A stretch of 38,336 nt of DNA from a virus. Taxonomy: Duplodnaviria; Caudoviricetes. Location: the IMG/VR virus record IMGVR_UViG_3300032319_000060, positions 1 to 38,336 of that record; one strand, 5' to 3'. Below, one piece after another: positions 7,462 through 15,073 of this stretch. Position numbers and translations under genes: made by a program. Numbering within the stretch: the first letter of the stretch is position 1; each line of letters starts with the position of its first letter. The notes under the pieces were generated by a model that was not told the DNA's origin, ran no database searches, and saw only the letters and a list, made by a program, of their open reading frames with translations.

Positions 7462-9338
7462 GCCATCATCGGACCGGCTTGTTGCCCTTGCATGGCTTCA
7501 GGGGGCAACTGTTGCCCCTGTTGCTGCATTTGAGCCTTGCCTGCATCACGAAGCTGTTTCTGGATCGCGCGGGATGTGTTGGGGTCAATCTGCTCCAAGG
7601 CAGCCAAGTGCTGTTGCAAGTGTGCCATCAGAACTTGCATTGCACTCTGATCGACCGCTTGTTGCCGCTGTTGAGCGGCTTGGTTAAATGCAAAGAGAAC
7701 GGATATGTGCGCTTTGTGATCATCGCTAGGCTTGATTGCGACAGGGAATCCAGTAGCGAGCATCGTTGCAATTTCAGTCGCTTGATCTTCAGCCTGATCT
7801 CCAGAGGCTGCGTTAGGATCTTGAAAGAGTCTGCGGACCAGCGATGGGTCATCTTGTTCAAGCACAGATTTAACCAGTTCGCCCTGATTAACAAAAGGAT
7901 TATTTTGGAACATCTGCATGCGAGCTACCGACTTCTGCAATGCAAACTGCCGATTGATAAAGTCCAATCCACCTTTCGGTTCGATGGAATATTCATCATG
8001 GATGCCATCCGGAGGCATAGAACCTGTTTCCTCGGCATAACGATACATCAAATCTTTCTTGTTGTACTGCGTGTAAAGCGACCAGCATTGTTTGAATAGA
8101 TGGGCAAGACCCATCCGGAACATGCGGTTGCGAAGGTCACCGGAGGCAGCAGCCTGCGACTGCAATGCTTGGATCTCGGTGGCAGTCTTGCGATCCGACA
8201 CCTGGAACTGCGATCCAGCACCAAAGTCAGGATTACCCATGCGCTGTTCGGACAACAAACGCTCTTCAAGCATCAGCTTTTGGAAATCAAAAGGAGGTTG
8301 GCTGAATTGAACCGGCTTCAATCCCTGCGGAAGGATCTGACCTGGCTGCATCTTCAGATTCGATGTGTTTAGCGAGATCGGGTTCTGTGCCTCAAAAACG
8401 GGTCGGTTGGCCAGTTCAACGTAATCGGAGAGGGAGTTCTTTAGTTTATTTAGCAGGTTCTCGTTCGGGAGCAGGATCTCTGCAACGCCTCTCGGACTGT
8501 ACCAACCGCCCCCTGTGACCTCATAGGGGAAATCTACGAAAGGAGGTTCGCCGTGACGATACGGCAAAGTGAAAGGCTTACGGACATCTTCGGTTACGAC
8601 AAGCGGGCTGTATGTCTCAACCTTCCATCCGTCTTCAGAAGGCGTGTACATCTCCCAAAGAATGATGCGATCATTCTCAGCTTCTTGAGTAATTCCTTCC
8701 CGTCTATAAATCTCATCCTGAATCTCACTTCGTAAGCCCACCGATTTGGAGGGTTTACCAGAAATTGTTTTGATAAATTCCTCATCCTGCTTGTACAGGG
8801 GATTTGCCTTATAGGAATCGACACTTGTCGAGACGATGTGAACGATAAAATCTGCATCCTTAAACTCCTTTGTGTAGGCCGGAACAATGATGTGGAAAGG
8901 ATCAATAGCCTCAAAATCAATGCGCTTCTTGTCCTCGTTCCAAATGATCTTCGCAACTCCACGCCCGTAGAGCAGGATGTTGTCGATGACGGAAACAATT
9001 TCTTTCTGGAAATTTGTGCGCTCGCGCATGTTGTAGTCAAACCAACGCTCGGCGGAAACAGTTAGCGGTGCCAACTGCTGGCGCATTGGAACAAAGCTTG
9101 AAAGAATATCGTTGCCGATTGCGCTGTTGACGAAGGATGGCTTCAGTTTCTCAATCGCTGTGTCGATCAACTGAACGTGAAGGTCGGCGGCTGTAGGCCA
9201 AGGCTTAACCTTCCGGCGAACACCAAAGTAACGAGCCTGGTAAAACAACCGTTGCCGGTTCTCCCATGTCTCTCGCTGATTGAGCGAATCAATGATTCTG
9301 GAATAGTATTCTGTTCTGCGAGTATCTTTGGCGTTCAT
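7458..9338 (-). CDS. Portal protein
   Basis: 626 aa downstream of terminase; podovirus/P22-like portal features (YGRGVAKIIW, IDPF, PRGVAE, KTATE, Gln-rich C-terminal barrel). Confidence 0.85.
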   Translation of the reverse strand: MNAKDTRRTEYYSRIIDSLNQRETWENRQRLFYQARYFGVRRKVKPWPTAADLHVQLIDTAIEKLKPSFVNSAIGNDILSSFVPMRQQLAPLTVSAERWFDYNMRERTNFQKEIVSVIDNILLYGRGVAKIIWNEDKKRIDFEAIDPFHIIVPAYTKEFKDADFIVHIVSTSVDSYKANPLYKQDEEFIKTISGKPSKSVGLRSEIQDEIYRREGITQEAENDRIILWEMYTPSEDGWKVETYSPLVVTEDVRKPFTLPYRHGEPPFVDFPYEVTGGGWYSPRGVAEILLPNENLLNKLKNSLSDYVELANRPVFEAQNPISLNTSNLKMQPGQILPQGLKPVQFSQPPFDFQKLMLEERLLSEQRMGNPDFGAGSQFQVSDRKTATEIQALQSQAAASGDLRNRMFRMGLAHLFKQCWSLYTQYNKKDLMYRYAEETGSMPPDGIHDEYSIEPKGGLDFINRQFALQKSVARMQMFQNNPFVNQGELVKSVLEQDDPSLVRRLFQDPNAASGDQAEDQATEIATMLATGFPVAIKPSDDHKAHISVLFAFNQAAQQRQQAVDQSAMQVLMAHLQQHLAALEQIDPNTSRAIQKQLRDAGKAQMQQQGQQLPPEAMQGQQAGPMMA

Positions 9339-9547
9339 TTGTTCCGCTCCACTTTAAGTTCATACGAAAGATCGTTGACGGCATTCAATGCCTTCCTAGC
9401 CCATTCACGGGTTCCAGGCGTACCCCTTCGGATTTCGATGTAGGTAGGATCTTTCATCAGTTCCTCAACTATCCCTGTTGTGTGGGTTACTGGTGTCGTT
9501 GTTGCGCATCCACCAAGAATCACCGCGAAGGTCACGCTCAATAGCAT
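9335..9547 (-). CDS. Lipoprotein, putative o-spanin (Rz1-like)
   Basis: MLLSVTFAVILGGC lipobox; overlaps the 3' end of the upstream membrane-anchored ORF in another frame. Start codon uncertain. Confidence 0.6.
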   Translation of the reverse strand: MLLSVTFAVILGGCATTTPVTHTTGIVEELMKDPTYIEIRRGTPGTREWARKALNAVNDLSYELKVERNK

Positions 9548-9653
9548 TGCGGTTATGCCTCCACTCACCTTCGATATTTTGAGTACGCTTTTCCTTCCAG
9601 CCTGGAATGATGCGAAACACGGCTGCGATGATCTCAAGGATTGCACGCAGCAC
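9465..9653 (-). CDS. Putative i-spanin (Rz-like)
   Basis: N-terminal hydrophobic helix MLRAILEIIAAVFRII followed by a short charged helix; overlapped by a lipoprotein gene. Confidence 0.5.
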   Translation of the reverse strand: MLRAILEIIAAVFRIIPGWKEKRTQNIEGEWRHNRNAIERDLRGDSWWMRNNDTSNPHNRDS

Positions 9654-9661
9654 AAATAAAA

Positions 9662-9832
9662 TTATTTAATATTCAGTCCGACTGTCTTGAGAAAGTTGAC
9701 AATCTTTTCCAAGAAGGAATCGTCAGCGGGAGTCGGTGTGAGCTTAACAACAATACGCGCGGCAAGAGCGATGCCACCAACAGCGGCTACGATCTCCTGC
9801 CAATTCGAGGTAATCCAGTTCCATACATTCAT
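9662..9832 (-). CDS. Putative holin
   Basis: MNVWNWITSNW...IVAAVGGIALAARIVVKLTPTPADD; single TM helix with the TPT..DD motif seen in small phage membrane proteins; next to the spanin-like pair. Confidence 0.55.
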   Translation of the reverse strand: MNVWNWITSNWQEIVAAVGGIALAARIVVKLTPTPADDSFLEKIVNFLKTVGLNIK

Positions 9833-9836
9833 TGTT

Positions 9837-11264
9837 TTATCCTCCAGGGTCAAATCCTGCCATCACGGGGTCATGTGACTCCATCAAGGCTTGAAGTGAC
9901 TTCCAAGTTGGACGCTCTATCGGGAAAGTCAAGTCCAAGCCGATATTACCACCGCTTATGCATAGTGCCAATGCATCCGCCCTATCCGGTGAGGCTATGC
10001 CTCTTGCCCGCATGGAATCCTTGGATTCAACCCCAAGCTTGCCCTTGCTGTTTGTAATTGTGCGCCTGCATGTCAATTGCGCTGTCAAGTCCTCGTCATC
10101 TTCAGGAAGGATGATTTCAGCATCCTCAATCTTCTTTGCCATTCCATACCACATCTCGGCTGATCGGTTGGTATAAGCATTGTTGTCGTATGCCGTAGCA
10201 CCAAAGTTTACCCTATTGACAGACCATCCGGATTCGGCCAGGGCATCGCACATAACCATGCCCATGCCACTCGCGTCAGCGTAGATGTTGCTGGCTTCTA
10301 GTCCTGCCTTCTTAAACTCAACAATAAACCTACCCACAGCCGCCATCGTGTCTTTCTCACGCCATGCAATCATGGGCAGGATCTTGTTGCCATCGCTTAT
10401 GCAGATCACGTTCTGATCGCCTCCGGCAGCAAAGTCCACACCAGCCATTCGGATACCTGGCTTAAATCTAGGTGGTGCGTTATAGCAGTTTTGCAGTTGG
10501 TTTAGGTTGATGACCAAGCTTTCTGCGCCTATGTCCACAAATTCGCCGTAGATCATGGAGCGGGTTAGCGGGTGTTTCTCGCCGTACCGCTGGGTTATCT
10601 CATCAATCTGCTTCTGCGTTATGTGCGGGCAGTCGAAGGCTGTGACAGCGTGCTTTGACCACATGTTGGCTTCCTTAGTGAATGCCCGATAGAAAGCCCC
10701 GCTGGTACCTCCAGGGCTGGATGCGATTAGCAAGCGGGTTGGTTGGCACCGGCTGATGGCCTCAAATAGCGGGTCTGCTACAGTCTTGGCTTCGTCAACC
10801 ACCATGAGCAATGGATGGTATTCGTGGTCCTCTGCATGCCAGCCTTCAGCACGCCCAGGGTCGGTGGCTGAGTAGCCTATGATGCGGCTTGTGTTGCCGT
10901 TTGGGTGAAGGTAACGGATCTCGCCGGATGTGACCTCCCATGCGCCACCAAGCTTGGCAATGTGATTGCGCAGGCTAGGCCAGAGTTGGCTTTCAACTTG
11001 GCGGAAAACGCCTGCGGTTGTTACGGCTATTGAGCGCGGGTAAACCAACGCATGCCATATCAGAATCGCTGAAATTACCGTGCTTGTCTTACCAGAGCCG
11101 TTTGCTGCCCGCAGAGCTACGCGACAGTCTTTAGGCTCAAGATCACGCAGTACCTTCCGTTGCCAATCATACAGATTGATTCCAAGGACGTTAGCAGCGA
11201 ATGCGGCTGGTTTGGATAGGTCTTGTAGAATCTCTTCTTGGCTACGTTTAGGAGGCTTTGGCAT
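9837..11264 (-). CDS. terL: Terminase large subunit
   Basis: Adenine-binding WQ, Walker A RAANGSGKTS, Walker B LMVVDEAK, coupling motif SSP, RNase H-like nuclease residues GVDFA, DASG and DRADA. Confidence 0.93.
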   Translation of the reverse strand: MPKPPKRSQEEILQDLSKPAAFAANVLGINLYDWQRKVLRDLEPKDCRVALRAANGSGKTSTVISAILIWHALVYPRSIAVTTAGVFRQVESQLWPSLRNHIAKLGGAWEVTSGEIRYLHPNGNTSRIIGYSATDPGRAEGWHAEDHEYHPLLMVVDEAKTVADPLFEAISRCQPTRLLIASSPGGTSGAFYRAFTKEANMWSKHAVTAFDCPHITQKQIDEITQRYGEKHPLTRSMIYGEFVDIGAESLVINLNQLQNCYNAPPRFKPGIRMAGVDFAAGGDQNVICISDGNKILPMIAWREKDTMAAVGRFIVEFKKAGLEASNIYADASGMGMVMCDALAESGWSVNRVNFGATAYDNNAYTNRSAEMWYGMAKKIEDAEIILPEDDEDLTAQLTCRRTITNSKGKLGVESKDSMRARGIASPDRADALALCISGGNIGLDLTFPIERPTWKSLQALMESHDPVMAGFDPGG

Positions 11265-11325
11265 TAGTGTGAGTTAAGACCTCTTTTTGTTTTGTGCCAG
11301 AATAATTTAGGGGGGTATATGCGTA

Positions 11326-11952
11326 TTAAATGGTGGCTGGGGGCTGGGCGGGTGGCGTGGTGGTGTATTTGGCCAAGCTTTCTTTCCTTGGTTTGCGTCT
11401 TCTCATGCTTACTTTTCTAGGTCTAGGAATCTTACCAGGCATTGTGGTTACAATAGTTTGCGTGCCATCTGTCGCACAATAGCTATTGTCTCGAATTGTA
11501 AGTGTCGGATTATCCTTAATTACTTCCGCTTCAATCACTTGTGCTTTTTTTCTACCTGCAATGCCTGCTAATAATTGCGCAAGGTTCCCGCCTATTTCAT
11601 GCGTGACTCCTTGTGTAACATTCAGACGTGCAGAGGGTTGCGCATGGTTATAAATTCGCTCTGCCATCCATGCTTTTGCCTGCCATGATTTCGCGCCAGC
11701 AAGTTCTATATCCCGAAGTAAAGAAAGTTCATGCTTTTTTCTCGCGGTTTCCACTTTTCGGGCGAAGTCCGGACGGCGGGAAACCCAAGTTTTAATCGTG
11801 GAAGCATTCACGCCCACAAGTGCGCCAGCCTTTTCTATTGTGAATCCGGAACCGCAAGCGGATATAATTTCATCCGCTATCTTATCAGTGAATATCTCGC
11901 GCCCGTTCTTTGCTTTTTCCGGTGCGCTAGGAGTTGCGCTTATTTCATCCAT
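11326..11952 (-). CDS. terS: Terminase small subunit
   Basis: HTH region (IEKAGALVGVNASTIKTW), SWQAKAWMAER motif and position directly upstream of terL; basic, low-complexity C-terminal tail. Confidence 0.8.
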   Translation of the reverse strand: MDEISATPSAPEKAKNGREIFTDKIADEIISACGSGFTIEKAGALVGVNASTIKTWVSRRPDFARKVETARKKHELSLLRDIELAGAKSWQAKAWMAERIYNHAQPSARLNVTQGVTHEIGGNLAQLLAGIAGRKKAQVIEAEVIKDNPTLTIRDNSYCATDGTQTIVTTMPGKIPRPRKVSMRRRKPRKESLAKYTTTPPAQPPATI

Positions 11953-11992
11953 TACGAAAGCTTATACCATATTCTGAGACAATAAAAAGTGT

Positions 11993-12020
11993 TTGAATAC
12001 TCAATCCGGTTGAGTATGTT
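11993..12020 (+). promoter_or_regulatory. Sigma70-like promoter overlapped by a palindromic operator; probably leaderless
   Basis: TTGAAT-N16-TATGTT ending 6 nt before ATG 12027; perfect inverted repeat ATACTCAA-N5-TTGAGTAT at 11997-12017. Confidence 0.55.
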
Positions 12021-12026
12021 GCTTTC

Positions 12027-12266
12027 ATGAATAGCACACACAAACAAACCGAAAAGAGTGCGGTTTTCGTCACTCTTCCTAAGTCTCCCTCTGATTTCTT
12101 CGAAGGAATGGAGATTTATTTCCAAACTAGAATGAAGGAATTGGAAAAGTATGCCGACAAGTGCGCGGAAAAGAATGAGCCTGAATTGCGAGAAAAGCTT
12201 ATTCTCAGATTGGATGCCGTTCGCGCTGTATGGTTGGACTTGGAAGGAATAAAGGAGATTATCTAA
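12027..12266 (+). CDS. Hypothetical early protein
   Basis: 79 aa, first gene of the plus-strand island. Confidence 0.65.
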   Translation: MNSTHKQTEKSAVFVTLPKSPSDFFEGMEIYFQTRMKELEKYADKCAEKNEPELREKLILRLDAVRAVWLDLEGIKEII

Positions 12267-12267
12267 T

Positions 12268-13008
12268 ATGATCGCGCCTAAAATTATCGGTTTTAATGAT
12301 GCCCCCCCGCTTGTTCATTTCACGGCGAGTAGTGCAAACGTAAAAATTGGAGCCATGCCCGCGACAACTTCCGGAAGGTCAACTTGCCCGGATGCTTGCC
12401 CGCTCAAACGTAGCAATGGCGGAGGATGTTATGGGGAGTCCGGCCCCATGATTTTTCATTGGAATGCGGTTGACCGCGCAGAGCGGGGGACAACGTTCGA
12501 GGGACTATGCGATGCAATTGCCAAGCTTCCCGCCGGTCAAATTTGGAGACATAACCAAGTTGGAGACTTACCAGGAGAGAATAACACGGTGAATGGGAAA
12601 CTTCTCTCCAAGCTTGCCTGTGCGAATCGTGGCCGGCGTGGGTTTACTTACACCCACAAGCCCGTTTTAGATTCTCAGGATAAGGCAGCTGGTAAGAATC
12701 GCGATGCGATAGCGAGCGCGAACCGCGAAGGGTTTGTGATTAATCTCTCCGCGAATAGTCTCGCGCACGCTGACAAGCTGGCGGCGTTGAATGTCGCGCC
12801 GGTTGTCACGATCCTGCCAGCCGGAGTCGAAGACAATACCCAAACGCCGGAAGGGCGGAAAGTTGTCGTATGTCCGGCGCAGAAGCGTGACGGCGTGACG
12901 TGCTTAACGTGCCGCCTATGTTCGCGCGGAGATCGCTCAGTGATCGTGGGATTCATTCCGCATGGAACAAGCAAACGGCGCGTTGCGCAGATTGCGAGCG
13001 CATCATGA
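12268..13008 (+). CDS. Cys-rich Gp88-like (radical-SAM-like Fe-S) phage protein
   Basis: CPDACP...GCY, WRHNQVGDL, GFTYTH, INLSA and VCPAQ...TCLTCRLC motifs; AAGGAG Shine-Dalgarno. Confidence 0.7.
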   Translation: MIAPKIIGFNDAPPLVHFTASSANVKIGAMPATTSGRSTCPDACPLKRSNGGGCYGESGPMIFHWNAVDRAERGTTFEGLCDAIAKLPAGQIWRHNQVGDLPGENNTVNGKLLSKLACANRGRRGFTYTHKPVLDSQDKAAGKNRDAIASANREGFVINLSANSLAHADKLAALNVAPVVTILPAGVEDNTQTPEGRKVVVCPAQKRDGVTCLTCRLCSRGDRSVIVGFIPHGTSKRRVAQIASAS

Positions 13009-13145
13009 CATCCTACGCCGTTTACAACTCGCAAGGCCAATTCTTCGCGCGGTTCACTTCTTACCGGCGTGCGCTCGTTTGGGCGATACGTAACGGGATG
13101 GAGTGGACGGCGGAAATTAAAAAAGAAAAGGAGATACAGAAATGA
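13005..13145 (+). CDS. Small hypothetical protein (46 aa)
   Basis: MTSYAVYNSQGQFFARF...; ATGA overlaps at both ends. Confidence 0.65.
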   Translation: MTSYAVYNSQGQFFARFTSYRRALVWAIRNGMEWTAEIKKEKEIQK

Positions 13146-13462
13146 ACAAAAAGCAGATACAGAAAAAACTAGAAGAACGGGTCAAGGCAGAACTTGAACC
13201 GGTTGACGTTGAGCAAATATACCGCGATATGTTGGACGAATGTGGACCGGAGGTAAGGGTTTCCGGTTTGTCGTTTCTACCGTCACGAGTTGTCGAGGAA
13301 TTAGATCCGGTAGCGTTCCGGTGCGGCGTTAATGATTATGTTGATTCCCTAGTGGGTGAAAGTCTATCTGAGGAAATCGATGGGGATCATTACGACCTTC
13401 ATGAAGTAAATGAGATCCTCGAGGAAATAGAATCGGAAGATGCGGAAGAGGTGACAGAATGA
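13142..13462 (+). CDS. Highly acidic early protein
   Basis: 106 aa with about 31 Asp/Glu against about 10 Lys/Arg; AAGGAG Shine-Dalgarno. Confidence 0.75.
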   Translation: MNKKQIQKKLEERVKAELEPVDVEQIYRDMLDECGPEVRVSGLSFLPSRVVEELDPVAFRCGVNDYVDSLVGESLSEEIDGDHYDLHEVNEILEEIESEDAEEVTE

Positions 13463-13542
13463 ATATCCCCTACGTCTTCGCGAATGGCTTAGTGTTAGGA
13501 GCCATATTAATGGCCTTTATTATATTCATGGGAAGGAAGTAG
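13459..13542 (+). CDS. 27-aa single-pass membrane peptide
   Basis: MNIPYVFANGLVLGAILMAFIIFMGRK; GAGGTG Shine-Dalgarno and ATGA overlap. Confidence 0.6.
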   Translation: MNIPYVFANGLVLGAILMAFIIFMGRK

Positions 13543-13553
13543 TTTCCCCTGGT

Positions 13554-13575
13554 CTCCCCTGGTCACTCAGGGGAG
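13554..13575. other. GC-rich hairpin
   Basis: CTCCCCTG-gtcact-CAGGGGAG, an 8-bp perfect stem with no U-tract on the plus strand. Confidence 0.6.
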
Positions 13576-13659
13576 GAGAGGTGAAGCGATCGCGGAACCT
13601 AACAAACGGCAGCGCAGCCCTAGTGATTGCGCGAATGAAAGAAAGAAAGAAAAGAAAAC

Positions 13660-13728
13660 ATGAGCATAAAAGAAAAAGCAGAAAAAAGAATCATGGCAGA
13701 GCTTGAGCCGAAGGAGTCCGCAATATGA
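13660..13728 (+). pseudogene. 22-aa ORF resembling the N-terminus of 13142-13462 (remnant or leader peptide)
   Basis: MSIKEKAEKRIMAELEPKESAI versus IQKKLEERVKAELEP; ATGA overlap with 13725. Confidence 0.45.
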
Positions 13729-14093
13729 ACCAAATTATAGAAAAATTAGGCAACGGATATGCCCATTATTCCAATGAAGGTAAATTGCAAATGGTGGCTT
13801 ATGAGTCTTGCCAGAATCGCTTCCAGAAACTTAGGCAAATGAGAGGGGCGTTGAAAAACTTGGGCTTCTTCACGGAAAAAAGCGATTGGGGCATAGGTTG
13901 GATTCTCCGAGTCGATCCCAGCAGATATGCGTATGCCACTCATACGCTTTACATGGATGTAAATGAAAGATGGTCATTATATGACGCAGTTGCTTTTAGG
14001 GGCTACGATCTGGATGACGAGAAGCTGAAAACAAAAAATGCAGGGCATAGTGAAATCTGCCAGATCCTTTACGCATTTCAAAACGCTACGTGA
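13725..14093 (+). CDS. Hypothetical early protein
   Basis: 122 aa with an AAGGAG Shine-Dalgarno. Confidence 0.7.
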   Translation: MNQIIEKLGNGYAHYSNEGKLQMVAYESCQNRFQKLRQMRGALKNLGFFTEKSDWGIGWILRVDPSRYAYATHTLYMDVNERWSLYDAVAFRGYDLDDEKLKTKNAGHSEICQILYAFQNAT

Positions 14094-14197
14094 TATGTTG
14101 GATGAGTGCGAGCGCTTTTCGCGCTTGCCTATAAACGGCAGCGCAGGCATTCCGTCTTTACAAACGGCAGCGTAGCCTATAAGGAGCGTATAAAAAT

Positions 14198-14371
14198 ATG
14201 ACTGAAGAAGAAATTATCAAAGCTTACCTTTCGCGCCTGGGTAAAAAAGGCGGGAGCGTCAAAGGTCCGCAGAAGGTGCGACCCAGGGAACACTATCAAA
14301 AGGCAGTAGGAATTCGGTGGGCCAAGTATCGGGAGCGTAAACAAACGGAAGCACAGCCACCTAAACGGTAG
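14198..14371 (+). CDS. Small basic KGG-motif protein (57 aa), putative nucleic-acid binder
   Basis: Hand translation MTEEEIIKAYLSRLGKKGGSVKGPQKVRPREHYQKAVGIRWAKYRERKQTEAQPPKR; TAAGGAG Shine-Dalgarno; S.LG.KGG and RW motifs. Confidence 0.75.
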   Translation: MTEEEIIKAYLSRLGKKGGSVKGPQKVRPREHYQKAVGIRWAKYRERKQTEAQPPKR

Positions 14372-14395
14372 GATAGATAGCCCTATAAGGATATA

Positions 14396-14418
14396 TAAAA
14401 ATAGCCTATAAGGGCTAT
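14396..14418 (-). terminator. Possible weak intrinsic terminator at the convergence of the two transcription directions
   Basis: Minus strand reads ATAGCC-cttata-GGCTAT then TTTT, just downstream of the stop at 14431. Confidence 0.35.
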
Positions 14419-14430
14419 ATAAACGGCAGC

Positions 14431-14631
14431 CTAGCGTCCAATGCGGCAACAGCAGGCTCGGTTACCCAATGGCCTGTCAGGGATGGGTAGTGACTCAACC
14501 TTGAACTTAACACTATGCTCTGGCTGTCCTCTACTTACCTTGCTACCAAGACGCTTTCTAGGCCTATCCTGGCTCGATTTTGAGGCATCCTGAAGCCTTT
14601 TCTTGCCTTCCTTTGCTGCTTTACGTCTCAT
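14431..14631 (-). CDS. Small basic hypothetical protein with a CCC motif
   Basis: 66 aa, GAGG Shine-Dalgarno, overlaps the upstream ORF. Confidence 0.45.
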   Translation of the reverse strand: MRRKAAKEGKKRLQDASKSSQDRPRKRLGSKVSRGQPEHSVKFKVESLPIPDRPLGNRACCCRIGR

Positions 14632-14908
14632 CTACCTCATCCCCATCAAAGTCCTTAGGAATCGAATCCTTGAGCGATTGCAGGTCCTTCTGATGCTTCC
14701 TAAAGAACAACGACAGCCTAGCTACTGCCAGACTAATCTCCGCCCACTCGGTCTCAAACACCTCGAAGCTACAATTGTTCTCCATGTCATTCACAAGCTG
14801 GCACAGCAAACGGAGGACTGCATGCAACTGCGCATTCTCTGCGTGCAGCAGCCGGATATACTGCATCTTCAACCTATCTGAGTCTTTCACCTGGTTATTG
14901 TAGCACAC
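14621..14908 (-). CDS. Hypothetical coiled-coil protein
   Basis: Up to 95 aa, helical; start uncertain. Confidence 0.55.
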   Translation of the reverse strand: MCYNNQVKDSDRLKMQYIRLLHAENAQLHAVLRLLCQLVNDMENNCSFEVFETEWAEISLAVARLSLFFRKHQKDLQSLKDSIPKDFDGDEVDET

Positions 14909-14936
14909 CGGCTCGCACCCCTTTCAATTAAAAGTG

Positions 14937-15070
14937 AATCGCACTACGGGAATGAGCGTAGCGGTAGGGGTAGGACGGACTAAGGAGTCCTACCTCTACA
15001 TTCCCTTCGTGATTGTCTTTCATATATATATATGAGTCTGAATGCTCAATAAATGACAGCGAAATGACAG
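14937..15070. other. Putative replication origin: long inverted repeat, AT palindrome and short direct repeats
   Basis: 13-bp stem GTAGGGGTAGGAC/GTCCTACCTCTAC (14964-14999), perfect palindrome TCATATATATATATGA (15020-15035) and AAATGACAG twice (15051, 15062), directly after the helicase stop. Confidence 0.5.
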
Positions 15071-15073
15071 GAC

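Larger units (their letters stand above)
13604..14436 (+). repeat. Dispersed direct repeats, consensus AAACGG(C)AG(C)NNAG, six copies
   Basis: Copies start at 13604, 14133, 14162, 14343, 14363 and 14421; the first two share an identical 14-mer AAACGGCAGCGCAG; interleaved with CCTATAA near 14128, 14176, 14382 and 14405. Confidence 0.8.

Noticed and set aside
4422-8099. Long plus-strand ORFs 4422-5114 and 7335-8099
   Set aside because: Antisense to the well-supported capsid and portal genes, with no recognisable motifs.
13635-13706. Lys/Arg-rich 23-aa ORF MKERKKRKHEHKRKSRKKNHGRA
   Set aside because: Arises from a GAAA-rich low-complexity tract with no Shine-Dalgarno; the overlapping 13660 frame is better supported.
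13604-14436. Mini-CRISPR or TIGR-like guide array
   Set aside because: Repeats are only 14-16 bp, degenerate and irregularly spaced (20 to 529 bp), some lie inside a gene, and no Cas or Nop-domain protein was recognised.
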